In this document: one piece after another, positions 27,964 through 41,434 of the stretch
Position numbering within the stretch: the stretch's first letter is position 1
How the letters are laid out: each line of letters begins with the position of its first letter
Origin: Fistulifera solaris
Taxonomy: Eukaryota
Direction of reading: 5' to 3'
Assembly (NCBI GenBank): GCA_030295235.1
Contig: AP026136.1
Coordinates: forward strand, 186,001 to 250,000
Length of the DNA: 64,000 bases
The notes under the pieces: generated by a model
Databases searched by the model: none
Told to the model about the DNA's origin: nothing
What the model saw: the letters and a program-made list of their open reading frames with translations, nothing else
Made by a program: the position numbers and the translations under genes

Positions 27964-28004
27964 CGTTAGAGTAAACAATTACTTTATGTCTCCATTTTCG
28001 CTCT

Positions 28005-28961
28005 CTAGCCCCAAAATTGGTTTTCGTAAATCATTTCTTCTCGCGGATAACGTCGGCTACGCCAATCGACATGATTCGTCATCGGTGATGCTGCTCGACC
28101 GGTTGGAATCACCAACGGAATCGCGTAACGACTGGGAATGCGCAAGTCACGACGAATGCCGGGTACATCAATGCCTTCCATTGGTATCGTTGCCAAGCCC
28201 CGTGATGAACACGCCAACATATATGTCATGGCGACCAACATGGCGTTCTTCGTCGACCACGTTTCGGTACTACTCAAGGTGGGCAGCGTGGGTGGAAGTC
28301 GTAAGACGCGTGTCACGAAATGGAGCATCGACATGGCCCATCGAAAGAAAAACGAAAGGATTGCCGATAGAAATCGTGGCAGTGGATATCCTGAACTGAA
28401 TACAGCAATGTAGACCGCCAACAGTTTGGTCAATTGTCGATTTTGCTGATTCAAAAATTGTGAAAAACGGGGCAATGTTTTCAAGACTTTCCGATCGGCG
28501 AGAAAGACGGCCGTACAATCGGCATCACGGACACGGTCCGCATTCGGACCCAAACAATACCGGGAAAGCGCCAGCTTTTGCTCCGGACTGTGTACCATGA
28601 TGACTTTGTACGGTTGTGTATTGAAAGAAGATGGTGCCAATCGAGCCAAATCGATGCATTCGAGTGCTTGGCGAATGATTTCAGGATCCGATGGTGATGC
28701 CGTGACGAATTCGGGCACCGTAGAATTGGCACGTTGAAAGCTTTTGCAGGCGAATCTTGATATGACGGCTTGATCGAACGATAAAATATTCCTATTGTTG
28801 CTTTGCGATGTATCTGCAGCTGAAGAAGAAAAGAGAATGGACCTGGATGATGGCGAGCGAGGCGCCACAGAATAGCATTTGCCGAAGGGAAGATTTGTCA
28901 GAAGAATGAGTGGCCCTGCAAGCCATGCTATCGACTCCAGTCGTTTGAGAAAAAACTTCAT
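28005..28961 (-). CDS. Nitroreductase family protein
   Basis: SRFACKSF, ARLAPSSFNTQPY, YMLACSSRGLATIPMEG, VIPTG, RRYP; N-terminal signal-like segment. Confidence 0.88.
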   Translation of the reverse strand: MKFFLKRLESIAWLAGPLILLTNLPFGKCYSVAPRSPSSRSILFSSSAADTSQSNNRNILSFDQAVISRFACKSFQRANSTVPEFVTASPSDPEIIRQALECIDLARLAPSSFNTQPYKVIMVHSPEQKLALSRYCLGPNADRVRDADCTAVFLADRKVLKTLPRFSQFLNQQNRQLTKLLAVYIAVFSSGYPLPRFLSAILSFFFRWAMSMLHFVTRVLRLPPTLPTLSSTETWSTKNAMLVAMTYMLACSSRGLATIPMEGIDVPGIRRDLRIPSRYAIPLVIPTGRAASPMTNHVDWRSRRYPREEMIYENQFWG

Positions 28962-29605
28962 AAAATGAGGGTTTTGTAGGGATTGATGACGAAAGATAAA
29001 TATGTTAGTTTCAAGACAACAAGGAGTAAACAACAAATAATGATGGAATAATTTGAACGAAGGAATACAGAAAAAAAAGTCGTTTGCCATGAAGGATGGT
29101 GGATGGCGGATTGAGTGACGATCGGGAGAGCATCCCAGTATCAAGCAAAGTGTAAGCATTTTCGGTTCCGACGACTCAACTGAAATGCAGTCCCGGAAAG
29201 TGTCGACCGAACTCATTTTTTAGTAAGACAATGGTGGCTCTGACTGCAACATGAATTATGGGTTTCAGCAGTGGAAACGGTAGATCATCATACGATTGGT
29301 GTGGCAGCGGTCTTTCTTTTAGTATGTTCAACAAGACCTATGATCATTGAAAAATGATTCAGCTTTTGTCGATAGTAGTAAATATTTCTTGAAGCCACGG
29401 CTTTCCGTTATGGGTGGGCATATATTTTTTGAAAACAATCGCTCGCGATTGTAAACTAAAATTGTTTAAACATTTCTATGCGCAAATCTTTGAAATTAAA
29501 AAATTAGCACGTGCAATCTATTTTACAGGAGCTTGGTCCATGATGCAAGATTCCGGGTACTATGCGATGGAATTCCCAAAATGACGAGTTTCATCTTTCG
29601 ATCGC

Positions 29606-31181
29606 TTAGATGCGCTTCTTGCTTTCCTCAGGGTTGGAGAAAACGGCATCCGGCTTGGCCTTCTTGTATCCGCCAATGAGCGACTTGATGGTGGTACCAA
29701 GAAGCTTCAAGTCATCGAGGGGGTTGTTTCCCTGAACAGTCTTGTACAAGTAAGAGTCGAAAGTGACTTGTTGCACGTACTTGGATTCGCAAAGCTCAAC
29801 AAAGGCTTCTCGGGCTCCGTTGTTAGAGTAGAACACTCTCTGAAGGATGTCAAGTACGGCGTAAGTGGGTCCGTACAAGTTGTCGTACTTCTTGATGTAA
29901 GTACTTTCAATCTCGGCCTGAGAAGGAAGACGAGATCCACCCTTCATGAGGGCAACAATTTCTTCGGCAGCCATGCGTCCCGACTTGGCGGCGAAGTAGA
30001 TACCTTCACCCGAGCACTTGGTGACGTAACCAGCGGCATCACCGACCAACGCAATACGTCCTTGAACACGACGAGGGCGGTAGTGCTCGGGGATGGGGTG
30101 GGCCTCGACCTTAATGATCTTTCCTCCGGCAATCTTGTCACCGGCACGGTCGCGGATGGCCTTTTGGTATTGCTTAATGGCAGGGCGGTTAACAACGGTT
30201 CCAGTTCCGACACCGACGTGGTCGTACTTGGGGAAGACCCATCCGTAGAAATCGGGAGACACATCATCACCGACATACATCTCCGCCATCTCCTCGTAGA
30301 ATTTCATCTTCTCATCAGGGATCTTAATGCGCTCCTGGAAGGCAATGGCAAAGTTGTATAAACCAGCATCCATGGCCTTGGCCACACGCGAGTTGGCACC
30401 ATCGGCACCGACAATCACATCGACATCCATGGTCTTGGCCACACCGGCCTTGGATCCCTCCGTGTATTCTTGGTAGTGGATCGTGTATCGGCTGTCTTCG
30501 TTGGTTTTGTGGTCCGCAGGGACATCGATGCTGGTCACCAAACCGTTGACAATCTCCGCACCGTACTGTTGTGCGCGGTCGCGGAGGTATTGGTCCAAGA
30601 TTTCACGACGGCACATACCAATGTACTCATCCGGCTTCAATGTGCTTCCAATGGAAACCTCAACACCCGTGGGGGACACAAGATTCATTTGACGGACCTA
30701 GAAAAGAATAGAGAAGAACGAATGAGATTACGTCAGAGAAGGATCATGGCAGAAGTCGAACGCTGGGGTGACATTGACCCAGACTAAGACATTCTCGAGC
30801 ACGGCAGGTGTGTTCCGATCTTATTCACAAAAAAAAAACTGTAGAGAGCATGACAACCGAAGCGTATCTTACCTTACGGTCGACCACCGACTCGGGGAGG
30901 TCGAATTCGCCCACCATGCAGAGAGGAATGGCTCCACCACATGGCTTGGCGTTGTCGAGCTTTCGCTCAATCAAGACAGTATCAATTCCCTTCTCTTGGG
31001 CAAAGATCTCCGCAGCGCAGGCTCCCGAAGGACCTCCACCGACGACGGCAACCTTGTATTTCATGTCGAGGGCCGAGGACGAGGAGGGAACGCCGACGAG
31101 GCTCTTTCCGGTGAAGGAAGAGGCGGAGAAAGCTGACGCAGAAGCGACAACTCCAGCAAGAGTAACAAGAGTGAACTTCAT
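29606..31181 (-). CDS. chlP: Geranylgeranyl diphosphate/chlorophyll reductase
   Basis: Bipartite presequence (…ASASAF); VAVVGGGPSG, KPCGGAIP, GADGANSRVA, VGDAAGYVTKCSGEGIYFA; intron 30698-30872; strong codon bias. Confidence 0.98.
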
Positions 31182-31526
31182 CTTAATCTGGTGTGGGATT
31201 TGGCTTTAAAGTACCGAGATGGAAGGAAAGGGAAAGTAGTGATGGAGAGAAGATTTGTGTTATGGTCGATGTTGGTCGGTAGAAGTTGAACCTTTTCGTC
31301 GGTCGCGGCGATCCGCAGAAGCCAATGTACAAGTACGTAGCCGTCCTACTGGAGCCATTCTATGGTGGGATCTTTGCGGTCAGGCCGCAGTTTGAAAGTT
31401 CAAAAGGAACTTCAACATGCATGGAATCCTTTTAATGACTTTTGCAAACCTAAAAATCATTCACGATTCTATTGCTGCACTTTAATTGCTATTGTAATTT
31501 TCGGAACCGACGAAGTCAGTCACGTA

Positions 31527-31714
31527 TGACGTTTTGACTTTTCATTCGGAGTCTCTCGTGACTGCTTATTGTGACGTAGAACGGAAGGATGGCGAACACG
31601 CTGACTCAGAAAAGGCAAGACAGTTTCAATAGCTCGAAGGAACAAGATTTCTGAAATGTTACGTCACACTGCGGTTGACTGTTTACCGTTTTGTTCTTCC
31701 ACCGAGTCTGACGT
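31527..31714. promoter_or_regulatory. Cluster of four TGACGT (bZIP/aureochrome-type) sites upstream of chlP
   Basis: TGACGT at 31527, 31572 and 31709; ACGTCA at 31661. Confidence 0.45.
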
Positions 31715-33121
31715 TTGTTGTGGAATCCGTATCCGCACAGCGACACGGCGAGCCACGAGCCACGAATCGTGCCGAAACGTGTTTCACGCATGGCGAAGGC
31801 ATCCAAACTCGCTACTAAGTTCCAGAAGAGCAGCGCCAATGAGGAGTCAATACTTTGACTTGAATTAGTAAAATCTTTCTAGGCTTACTAGAAAGGGATT
31901 GTAGAAGCAACGTAGCGATTGTTAGCATCAATTAGGCAACGGGCGTGGCTCGAATTAGTTATGAGTTATGAGACGTATCTCTTGTAGGCACCAGAGTGAC
32001 TGGAAGCGCGTGGGATCGCTTGTCGGGTCCTTGACGACAATACAATACTCACGGTTTTTCCGCACTCCAGCAAGATCGGGTCTCAATACCTGCACACGGT
32101 TGTTCTTTCGGAGCGCATGACTGGAGGGTGATTGTCTCCCTTTGGTGCCAGCATAACAAATTCCACTGGGATAATCTTATTTATCGCATTCTCCATGCTA
32201 GATCCATTTTCGCTAACTCTACGCCTGCTGCTCGCTTGTTCCGTTTCTTCAATTGCAGCGCATAATCTCTGTTGTGTTGTAGTGCGACCTGGTAGTGCTT
32301 GTCTGATGAAAGCAAAAGTTGTTCGATCACCATAAGTAGTAATATTCAAATGTACTGTCATTTTATTCGTCTCCGCCCACGCAACACGTCATATTTTGTT
32401 GTTTCCTTGCTTTGAAACGAATCATCATCGATGATCTTTGCTGGGTGAAGCGAGTGTCATTCATCTAGAGTAACAGTGGGACGAGCGACACCATCGCCAG
32501 CAACGAACTAAAGAGAGCCTCGCAACACTCGCCTTTTTGAATCATGGTTGCTTTAAAATTTTGAAACAAAGATGATTTTCTTTTTCTTCATTGACGTGTT
32601 CCGAGAGTTGTGGATGTCTTCAAAGAGAGGCTACGCTTGGACCATTACTAAAGATCATGTCACCATGCCTCAAGTTCTTTTCATATATCACAGAAAAGAT
32701 CAGCCCAAGAATCATTCAATTGGTTTGTTTGCCTTGACGTTGATTTGAAAGGATTCATTCATTCATTTATTCATTCATCATCCATCGTTGGCATTTGGTT
32801 TCTTTCCAGAAAAAGTCGTCCTCCTAGGGTTTTGCAGGGTCACTCCCTTTTAGCGACGCAAACCATGATTGCGATTAATTTAGTACACCAATTTCCTGAC
32901 ATATCCGCCATATTGAAAAATATAGCCGTTTTCACAGTGCATTCTTTGTACTCTCCGCATCGCCCTCTATTTTCGTTGGCGCTGCGTCAACAACGGTGAT
33001 GACCAACTTACTTGTTTACATGTATTGTTGTTACCACCAACGCGAACTTGGCGAAACTATTCTTCGACCATTGGAATCCAATAGCACTCCTTTTTCTCAA
33101 ACATTCATTGCAGCAACTAAC

Positions 33122-35193
33122 ATGACAGAGGATATTACGAATTTATTGAGCTCGATTTCGGCCATTAGCGGCATTGCGACCGTTCTTCTCGGTTCCTTGT
33201 TAGCTTACGTCCTGTTGAAACGCGACTCCTCCTCCGCGTCCTCCATCATCTCCCCACCACCACCACCTCCTCATCCGAAAAGGTTCCCCTGGATCCCAAC
33301 AAATACCCTGGAGGAGAAATCACCGTCTATTATGGGACACAAACGGGAACGGCCGAATCGTTTGCTCGTGTGTTGGAACGTGAAGGCCCCCAGTACGGTT
33401 TTTTTTGTGCACGTAATCGATTTGGAAGATGTCACTGTAGAGGATGTAGCGTCCCGCAACAAGAATGAAAAAAGACGGTATTGCCCGCGCGATTTTGATT
33501 TCGGCCACGTACGGAGAAGGAGAAGCACCCGACAATGCGATCCAATTTGCGAATGAATTGTGTGAAAAGGCGAATACGCAAATTCTCTTTCAACAAATCA
33601 AACATCCGGAGGAACCTCTTGAACCGACGTGTTTGCAGAATGTTCACTACAGTATCTTTGGTCTGGGAAACAAACAGTACGATCATTACAACTCCATGGC
33701 CAAGTTTCTCGATCACGCCATGGAGCGCTGTGGAGCTCAGCGATTGGCGGAAACAGGTTTGGGGGACGATGACGATGATCTCGAAAGTGATTTTGAAAAT
33801 TGGAAAGACCAAGTCTTGTGGCCGGCTTTAAAGAAACAATATCTGCAACAAGAATTTGTGGGAGCCGCATCGATGATTCCCGAAAACGAATGGCCCGAGT
33901 GTCCGTACGCGATCGAATATCATCCTTCCACCATCACCACCACCACCACCCCCGTGACTTTTTTTCCGTGAAGATCAAATTCATTCGCACAGTCGACATT
34001 ACTTTACCGCTATCGACTGTCCTGTTCGAGTCAAACGGGAGTTACGGACCGACCAAGATCCTGGATCCACCGTGCATGTCGAAATCGATCTATCGGCACA
34101 ACCACTGTTCAAATACCAAACGGCCGACAATTTGGGAGTCTTGCCCATTAATGATCCGGTCATTGTCGAACAAGTCGCCCAATCACTTTCCTTGGATTTG
34201 GATCAAGTCTTTTCGTTGCAAGCTGCGCCGAATCATGAATGGCACGGGGCTCCGTTTCCCATGCCACTTAGCGTTCGCGAATGTTTGATGCGCTATTGCG
34301 ATTTGACCGGTGCGCCACGACGATCGGATCTCAAATTATTGGCGTCCTATGCCACCGATCCCATCGATCAGAAAGTTTTGTTGCGCATGGCCTCGAAAGA
34401 AGGACGCAATGAATATCGGGAAAAGATTCTCGAGGAATATGTCGGCATGGCGGGGTTATTGCAAAAGTGTCCCTCCATTCAAATGCCCCTAGAGCACTTT
34501 TTGGGAATTTGTCCGTTACTGCAAACTCGGTTCTTTACCATTAGTTCTTCCTCGTCGGTTCATCCCAACACCGTACATTTGACGGTGGCCGTCACGGAGC
34601 ATGAACGCAAGGATGGTACACTGTTTCAAGGGGTTTGTTCAAACCATTTGGCATCGCGTCAACCGTCGGTCGACACGGTTCGTGTGTTTGTCCGCGCGTC
34701 CACCTTTCGCTTGCCGAAAGACACATCTCGTCCGATCCTGATGATTGGACCCGGTACGGGCATTGCTCCCATGCGAGCACTGCTGCAGGAACGAGAATAT
34801 CAACGTCACGTGCAAAAGAAAACCGTCGGCCAGAATATTTTGTACTTTGGTTGCAAAACGTCGAGTCAAGATTATATATATCGTGACGAAATGGAAGCGT
34901 GGGTGCAAAACGGTGTACTCGATCATCTCCGCGTAGCGTTTTCCCGAGAAACGGAAGGGAAGAAAGTCTATGTGCAACATTTGCTGGTCAATCACAGCGA
35001 AGAAACATGGCATTTGTTGGAGCAGGAGGGCGCTTATGTGTACGTATGTGGGGCGGTCAAGATGGGCCAGGATGTAGCAGAAGCGTTGAACAAGATCGTA
35101 TCGTCGCATGGCAATTTGTCGCATGACGAAGCCAAGGCGTACTTGTCGCAAATGAGTGCGGAGGGACGGTTCGTCCAAGAACTTTGGGCGTAA
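33122..35193 (+). CDS. CPR: NADPH-cytochrome P450 reductase
   Basis: N-terminal TM; flavodoxin YYGTQTGTAE, ATYGEGE, FGLGNKQY; RFFTISSS, GVCS, MIGPGTGIAPMR, LYFGCK, YVYVCG, QELWA*. Several frameshifts between 33270 and 33970. Confidence 0.95.
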
Positions 35194-35405
35194 AAAATTC
35201 ATTCGTTTCCTCGAGGTTTATCCATTATACAGAATAGAGCATTTGGAAAAAAGGTGATCGAAGCAATCCTTCGCACGCTTGTCATGTCGGAATTGTTGAT
35301 ACGGTTTTGAACCGTGTCATTCCGGTTTCCTGACAGAGAACAGAGTGCACATATGCATTGAGATATATCAAAGTTACGTAGCAGCATGTACTTTTCAACA
35401 GTCTA

Positions 35406-37050
35406 TTACTTAGTATTATTCTCTTCATCAAATAACTTTTTGGTTAAATGAAAGTCAGGCACATATCCCGGAACAAAGGTACCATGTAAGGCGAAAGAAA
35501 GGAACGTAGGAATCGGTGCTTCACAAATGGGACCTTTAGCGATGTTTTGGCAATCAAAGACACAGAAGGTCGTTTCCTCTTTGATTCCGTTCAATTTGTA
35601 GGCTAGTAAATAACCATCGTCTTCGGCGTTGTCGTCGCCACGAGGCACAAAACAGACTTCTCCAATAAACTCATCGACCGACTCGGGCAACCACTTCTGC
35701 ACCGTGCGACCTTGTTGGACATCAATTTTGGGAAATCCCTTGTGTGGGCTGTCCTACCGTGATGCTAGCACCGGCCCCCACATAAACATACTGGTATGGC
35801 TTGGAAACGTAGTTGGGATGAATGACTGGGAATTCTACGTTCGCACTGGCATCGTTCGACATGGTGGTCACCGACAAGAGCTTTCGTTGGGCCAAATCGA
35901 TCCGGTATCGGCGCAACTGATACGCATTCGTGCTCAAATCAAAGGTTTCCCAAAGAGGTCGTTCGGGGTACTTGTTCGATTCGGTATCGGCAAAGTTCAC
36001 GTCATCTGCCATGATGGCATCCACCACAAACGTTCCATCTTTGTCTTCAAACGCATTGCTTAAATGGAACGTAAAGGCGACGGGAATTTCGATTTCAATA
36101 ACTTCTTCCTTGCCCGTTCGAGGCAATAGAAAAATCTTGGCGGCTGTCGCTTCTTTATCCGACAAAATACATTCCGCCACACTCTTCTTTCCCAACACAA
36201 AGGGCCATACATTGAATTTGACGGGTGCCTGGAAGGCACAAACGTAGTTTTTCGATATAGCCATGTCGTGAGCGAGACCAAATCCGGGCAAGGCAAATTT
36301 ACGTTTGCTGATCAGTTTCAAATCCTTTCCGGAATGCTCGTACACGGTAAACATATGTCCTTTACTGGGATCCGAAACTGATGGATCCTGGCCGACGGCA
36401 AAGTTGACAATGTTCCCGGAGTCAGGGTCGATTTTGTAGTGTGCCGCGTAATTCTCTGCAGGTCCCAAGGAACCTTCCATATCAACAGCGTCGTCACCGA
36501 TCGTCTGCAAAGTATCCGGACGCAACTGGAATGGCTTGCCGCCTTCCCATAATGCATACAAATGATTGTTCGAGTACAATACGTGCGTATTCGCCAGATT
36601 TTTCGTCTTCAAATCAAAGATATTCGACCACCAGGCTCCTTTGTTCTTGGCCGTTCCAAACATTCCGCGATAACGTACTTTCCCCGCGGTCAATTCTTCC
36701 ACATATCCCGGTGTTTGTACAAAGCGATTCCGAAACCATGCTTTCCCGTTCGCAAAGGTCACGGCTGTCACCATGCCATCTCCATCAAACGGATGAACGA
36801 CGATTTCGTCTCCGACTTGGAATTTGGCGTGTCCATTTTGAAAGAACGTCCCCGTAAGGTCGGTAGGAAAATTGCCTTCAATTTCGTAACATTCTTCGGA
36901 TGTGACGGTATGAAAACCTTTGTGAAAGGCTTCTCGATTGAAGGTTTCGCGGATCATAATGTCGTTCGTCGATGCCGTCGCCGATAAGCTCATGGTGGTC
37001 GACAGGGAAGACGCCAAAACGGCGCTGTAAGACAAGAAGGATAACTTCAT
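35406..37050 (-). CDS. Carotenoid oxygenase (RPE65/CCD/ACO family)
   Basis: HPFDGDGM, ANTH, EGG; four Fe-binding His (AAHY, AHDM, FHLSN, LHG); EFPVI, GEVCFVPR, EDDGYL; frameshift near 35730. Confidence 0.93.
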
Positions 37051-37515
37051 TGTTGCGCACTATTAATAGCCTGCTTCAAGGACTGATAAAGTAATGCAAT
37101 TCTTAAAGGATGGGAATGAATGAAGAAGTATACAATGAAATAATGACAAAAGAGAATGTCTGGCGTAATGGGGGAAAGAACATCTCCCTTGTTTTCCACC
37201 TCATCACGTCACTTTTCACCAAAAAATCCGAGCCGACACGGAGTATTTTTCTCAGTTCTCGACCGGGATTCGAATATAGCACTTTGTAAGTCAGACTTCA
37301 AGTAGAACGATAGAGTAAATAACGGCTATGGCTCGCAAACAAATGTACTAGTGACATGTGACGTCATCATTCATGCCAACACCCAACATGACGAAAACAA
37401 GAAAGACATCACCGAGCGAGAAAGAACAAAATCAAAACGACGAGCACCTTCCAAAGAAAACAAAGGTTTTCCAGTGTATCCAATGCATCTAATCATCACA
37501 CAATCGTAATTCATC

Positions 37516-38491
37516 ATGAGAAAATACCCTAGCGAAGACAGCATTACCGTGACTCGACACTACTATTCACGACAGCATCGTACCTTTGAGACCAGTCTCG
37601 ATGTATACGTGCCATCATCTTCCACCACCAGGATATCGTCGATCGTCGTCTTGGTCGTTGGGTCGGCTTGGATGGGACATACGCCCTGGATCTATCGTGG
37701 GACATCGTGGTGGAATCGTGCCGGACCACGGGCCGTCGCCCAAACGTCCCTCTGCATTTGTGTCCGACATCGGGGGCCTTTTTCCAGATTCCTTCTCCAT
37801 CCATACTGTGCGTTATTTTGTTGGTGTCATGGCTGGGTACGACTTCTTTCTGGATAACTCTGTTTCTCTTCTTGACATGGATGTGGTTGAAGATGGTGGG
37901 TCAAGATGCGGCATCGTTGGCCGAAATGCAAAGTGATGTCGAACAAGCCATTCAGTGGATTCAACAAAACAAGTCCAATCTTTGTGGACAATATACGGGT
38001 GGAAAGGATGTTCCCATGTATTTTGGTGGATACAGTTCCGGAGCTCATGTGGCCTTGACTGTCTTGCAACGTTCTGCAGAACTTACTTCCGTGTTTCAAG
38101 GAATTGTTCTCCTTTCGGGTGTCTTGGCGGTACGACCAGCAGAAGTCTTACCGGAAAAGGATCACCCCGATGGTTAACAGATAGTATTTTACAAATTGTC
38201 TTTGGACTCAAAGACGCGAAAAGCATCCCATCCCCTTTAGCCGGTACCATTCCTCCATTGCCTCATCTTATAATCGGTTGCGAAGAAGAACTGTGGGGAT
38301 GGAATTGGTTGAATGTCTTTTTTTGTTCCCGATCGTACGCCGAAAAAGCCCGACACTGTGGGATTCCCGTCTCGTATCACGAAATTGTGTCCGATCATTG
38401 GTTCATCTTGTCTCATCCCGAATTGCCGAAACTGCTACAAAGGGAATTGCCACGATTGGTCCCGTCATCATCGGAACAAGAACAATCATAA
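37516..38491 (+). CDS. Alpha/beta-hydrolase (esterase) with internal hydrophobic segment
   Basis: LDVYVP, VVLVVGSAWMG oxyanion region, GGYSSGAH nucleophile elbow, SDHW; frameshifts near 37780 and 38165. Confidence 0.78.
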
Positions 38492-38792
38492 TAACAGTTA
38501 AGACAGATTTGAATAGAGGATAAAGAATTTATGAGCCAATAACCATTGTGTATTAAGGAGAAAGCAGAAGAAACTATACTCAATCTACGATTTTGGCCTT
38601 GTTGATGTCTACGGTGTTTTCCTATTTCACTATAGATCTTAACTGTAAGTAACCTTTTTTCACGACTGCATTTCAGTCCTGAGTTGTCGTGCCTTTTGCA
38701 CCGTTCACTATCACATTACTAGTGTTCTATTGTTACCATCGACAGCCATAACACTACAACCTTATTATTCTTCGTCATTAAATCTTCTTACC

Positions 38793-40086
38793 ATGGATAG
38801 AAACATGCCAGAAACGGCTCATGAGGATAATAATAGTACGAGCAGCGAAAATGATCAGCCAATCAACAGCAAACGTCCGTTAACAGCCACAACGACAAGT
38901 CCAACGGCCAAACGACCACGATCGACCGAAGATACAGACAGCAATTTCTTGAAACTAGCGAAATCTCGACTTTCGAAATGGGCGGTACGATTGTTTGATC
39001 CGAATCGACCGCGGGGTCTCGTGGAAGCTCCCCAAACGATTCCCTTAAATGACGAAGTTTTGCAAGCCTTTGGGCAACGAGAAAAAAGCCCACGATGCCG
39101 CGCGGGGATTGTCGCTGGACATTGATTCCACCATTGATGACGAAGAAGAGGATGACACAAAGAATCTTGACGCGAATCCACCACTGCAACATGTCAAAGT
39201 CAAAATCACCAATCTGAAATACACGACGACACGCACGACGTTGGAAGCCGCGTGTCAAAACTTTGGACCGGTCGAACAAATCCATCTCCTCATGGATAAT
39301 GGTGATAATAGTGAAGACGATAAAAACAAAGGTGTTGCCTATGTGACATTCCGTGAGGAAGGTGCGGCACAAGCCTGTATTGAGGGTCTCCAAAAACTCG
39401 AAGGACGGCCCTTGAATGTCACCATGGCCATTTCCACCACCACCGCCATGACACCGAAAGCCTCCATCGCACGCTATTATTTGGAACAAGAAAACAACAT
39501 TTCGTTCAAATGCTATCGCTGCGGAACACCGGGACATGTGGAAGCCGATTGTACTGCCGTACCCAAAGCCCGTCCGTGTCCGCTCTGTGCCCAATTGGAT
39601 CACGATCTACGGACATGTCCCTCGAAAGCGGTGTGTTTCAATTGTGGTGTTCCGGGACATGTTGCCCGACAGTGTGTCCGACCCCGGGGTTTACCATCCC
39701 GACGGTTGGATGTCTTGCCGTATACGGCCACCCGCGCCGCCGTGTGTCCGTCGTGTCAACAACCGGGACATTTTCTGTGTCAAGAATTCAAATGGTTTGT
39801 TGGACTACAGGGTGGAATGACGTGTTTCAATTGTGGTCGTTTTGGACACAATGGTTTTGATTGTGATCGAATCCGACCGGAAGATTGTTTGCATCGGGAG
39901 GATTTGGTGTTGACAGAATTGGAGCTCGTCGATAAAGAACAACGGACGGAAGAATTGATTCAAGCGGAGCAACGTCATCGTGAAGAAGAAGAAGAAGAAA
40001 CGTCACGACGAATTGAAGTAGAACGACGTCGTGCCAAGAGTGCTCCACCACCTCGACTTCGAAAAGACCGATGGCGTAAATCATGA
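38793..40086 (+). CDS. RRM plus multiple CCHC zinc-knuckle protein (Air1/ZCCHC7-like)
   Basis: RNP1 KGVAYVTF; knuckles CYRCGTPGH…C, CPLCAQLDH, CFNCGVPGH, CPSCQQPGH, CFNCGRFGH; frameshift near 39085. Confidence 0.88.
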
Positions 40087-40168
40087 ACTAGAACATAAGG
40101 TGTGAATCACTAGGCCATCCAAAAGCGTGAAACATCGGGAAATATTATCTTTTTTTTCAAATTCTTCA

Positions 40169-41434
40169 TTAGCCATCCATTAAACGCGGTATCAAGTTAA
40201 CTTTGGGAATGTGATCGAACCACAAATAATCGGCCACTTTGGATTGGTACGCCAATGTTTCGGGACCCGTCCCAATCTCCAATCGCAGGAACCGACTTTT
40301 CGACAAGGTATCTTCGGCCGTGGGATTGAGCAAAATCGTCGTGACCGAATCGTCTGTCACTTGAAATTGTCCCAAAAATCGACACAGACGAGGAATGCGT
40401 CCATTCAAACCGTACAAGAATCGGACATTGACCATGGGAGTGACGGTGACTACCAACGGTGCCGTCCCGTGGTTCGCCGCGTATTGCGCACACGCCGTCG
40501 CGGCCGTTTCGTGTTCCAAAATTGTTTGCGAAAAGAAATTGGCAAAGTCGAGCGTGGGTGGCAAATCCTTGATGAGAGATCGATCGGTATAGACTTTGAA
40601 TTTGGGATCTTGTGGCAACGCAATGAAACCCTGTGGATCAATGACGTATTGGGTCCGACGGTCCATGTCGACCGTTTGGAGACCACCCTTTTGGACGGCT
40701 TGGATGTCTTGAATTTCGGGTGATAAAGCAATTAAATCTAATTTCTTGATTTTGGCAATTTGCCACAGTGGTTGATAGAGTGTTTGCAGGGTGAAATCGA
40801 CGTTGGCTTGTGATAAAGCTTGCAGTAGATCGTCTTCCTGGCATTGATTGGACATGTACTGATTCAGCATCGATTGCACACTGTACGGGAACGGCAATCC
40901 GAGTGCCGTGGATTCTTTACTACTACGACGGTGCGACGCCATAGTCCCCACGAGATCGGCCGCGAATTGAATATCACTGGCGGTACATTGCTGGGGCAAT
41001 CCCAAACACACAAAGGTCGGACCCGCTTGCGGTCTGGTTTTGGTGACCGACTCTATGGTCCCAAAGACGGCCTTGTTGAGCATATTATTCAAATTGATGG
41101 TATCTACGACAATGGCTTGTTTGTTGGTCCCGGATCCTTGGGCGAGTTCTTTCAAAATCTGGGTTTGTTGGGACGGTCGGAGGGGCAAGAGTGTCGGCGG
41201 AATGGTCGAATCGACGCGATACGCGGTCGGACGAATGGCGGGTCGATAGTCGGCGGCGGATGCTATTTGGGGTTTTAATACGACGGTAGAAGCCATTCCC
41301 GAAAGAATCTGACGTCGCGATGGTAGCATATCGAGTGCAGTGGTTATCGGGGTGGAAGTTGTCAACGTTGAAAAACTGTGAGTGGTAAGCGTCAATGAAC
41401 TCCATGACAGTATGAATAACCAGTATGTTGACAT
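40169..41434 (-). CDS. Predicted plastid/thylakoid protein, possibly ChaN/Tiki-like haem-binding fold
   Basis: Signal peptide then THS-F; twin-Arg SRRQIL…ASA lumen-type signal; TALGL…YQPLW…LDLIAL resembles ChaN/RER5-6; family call tentative. Confidence 0.6.
   Translation of the reverse strand: MSTYWLFILSWSSLTLTTHSFSTLTTSTPITTALDMLPSRRQILSGMASTVVLKPQIASAADYRPAIRPTAYRVDSTIPPTLLPLRPSQQTQILKELAQGSGTNKQAIVVDTINLNNMLNKAVFGTIESVTKTRPQAGPTFVCLGLPQQCTASDIQFAADLVGTMASHRRSSKESTALGLPFPYSVQSMLNQYMSNQCQEDDLLQALSQANVDFTLQTLYQPLWQIAKIKKLDLIALSPEIQDIQAVQKGGLQTVDMDRRTQYVIDPQGFIALPQDPKFKVYTDRSLIKDLPPTLDFANFFSQTILEHETAATACAQYAANHGTAPLVVTVTPMVNVRFLYGLNGRIPRLCRFLGQFQVTDDSVTTILLNPTAEDTLSKSRFLRLEIGTGPETLAYQSKVADYLWFDHIPKVNLIPRLMDG

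Noticed and set aside
30698..30872. Longer chlP intron as a snoRNA host
   Set aside because: No convincing paired C/D or H/ACA boxes with a terminal stem.
32083..32361. 92-aa minus ORF in the chlP-CPR spacer as a gene or transposon relic
   Set aside because: No recognisable motif, terminal repeats or splice support.
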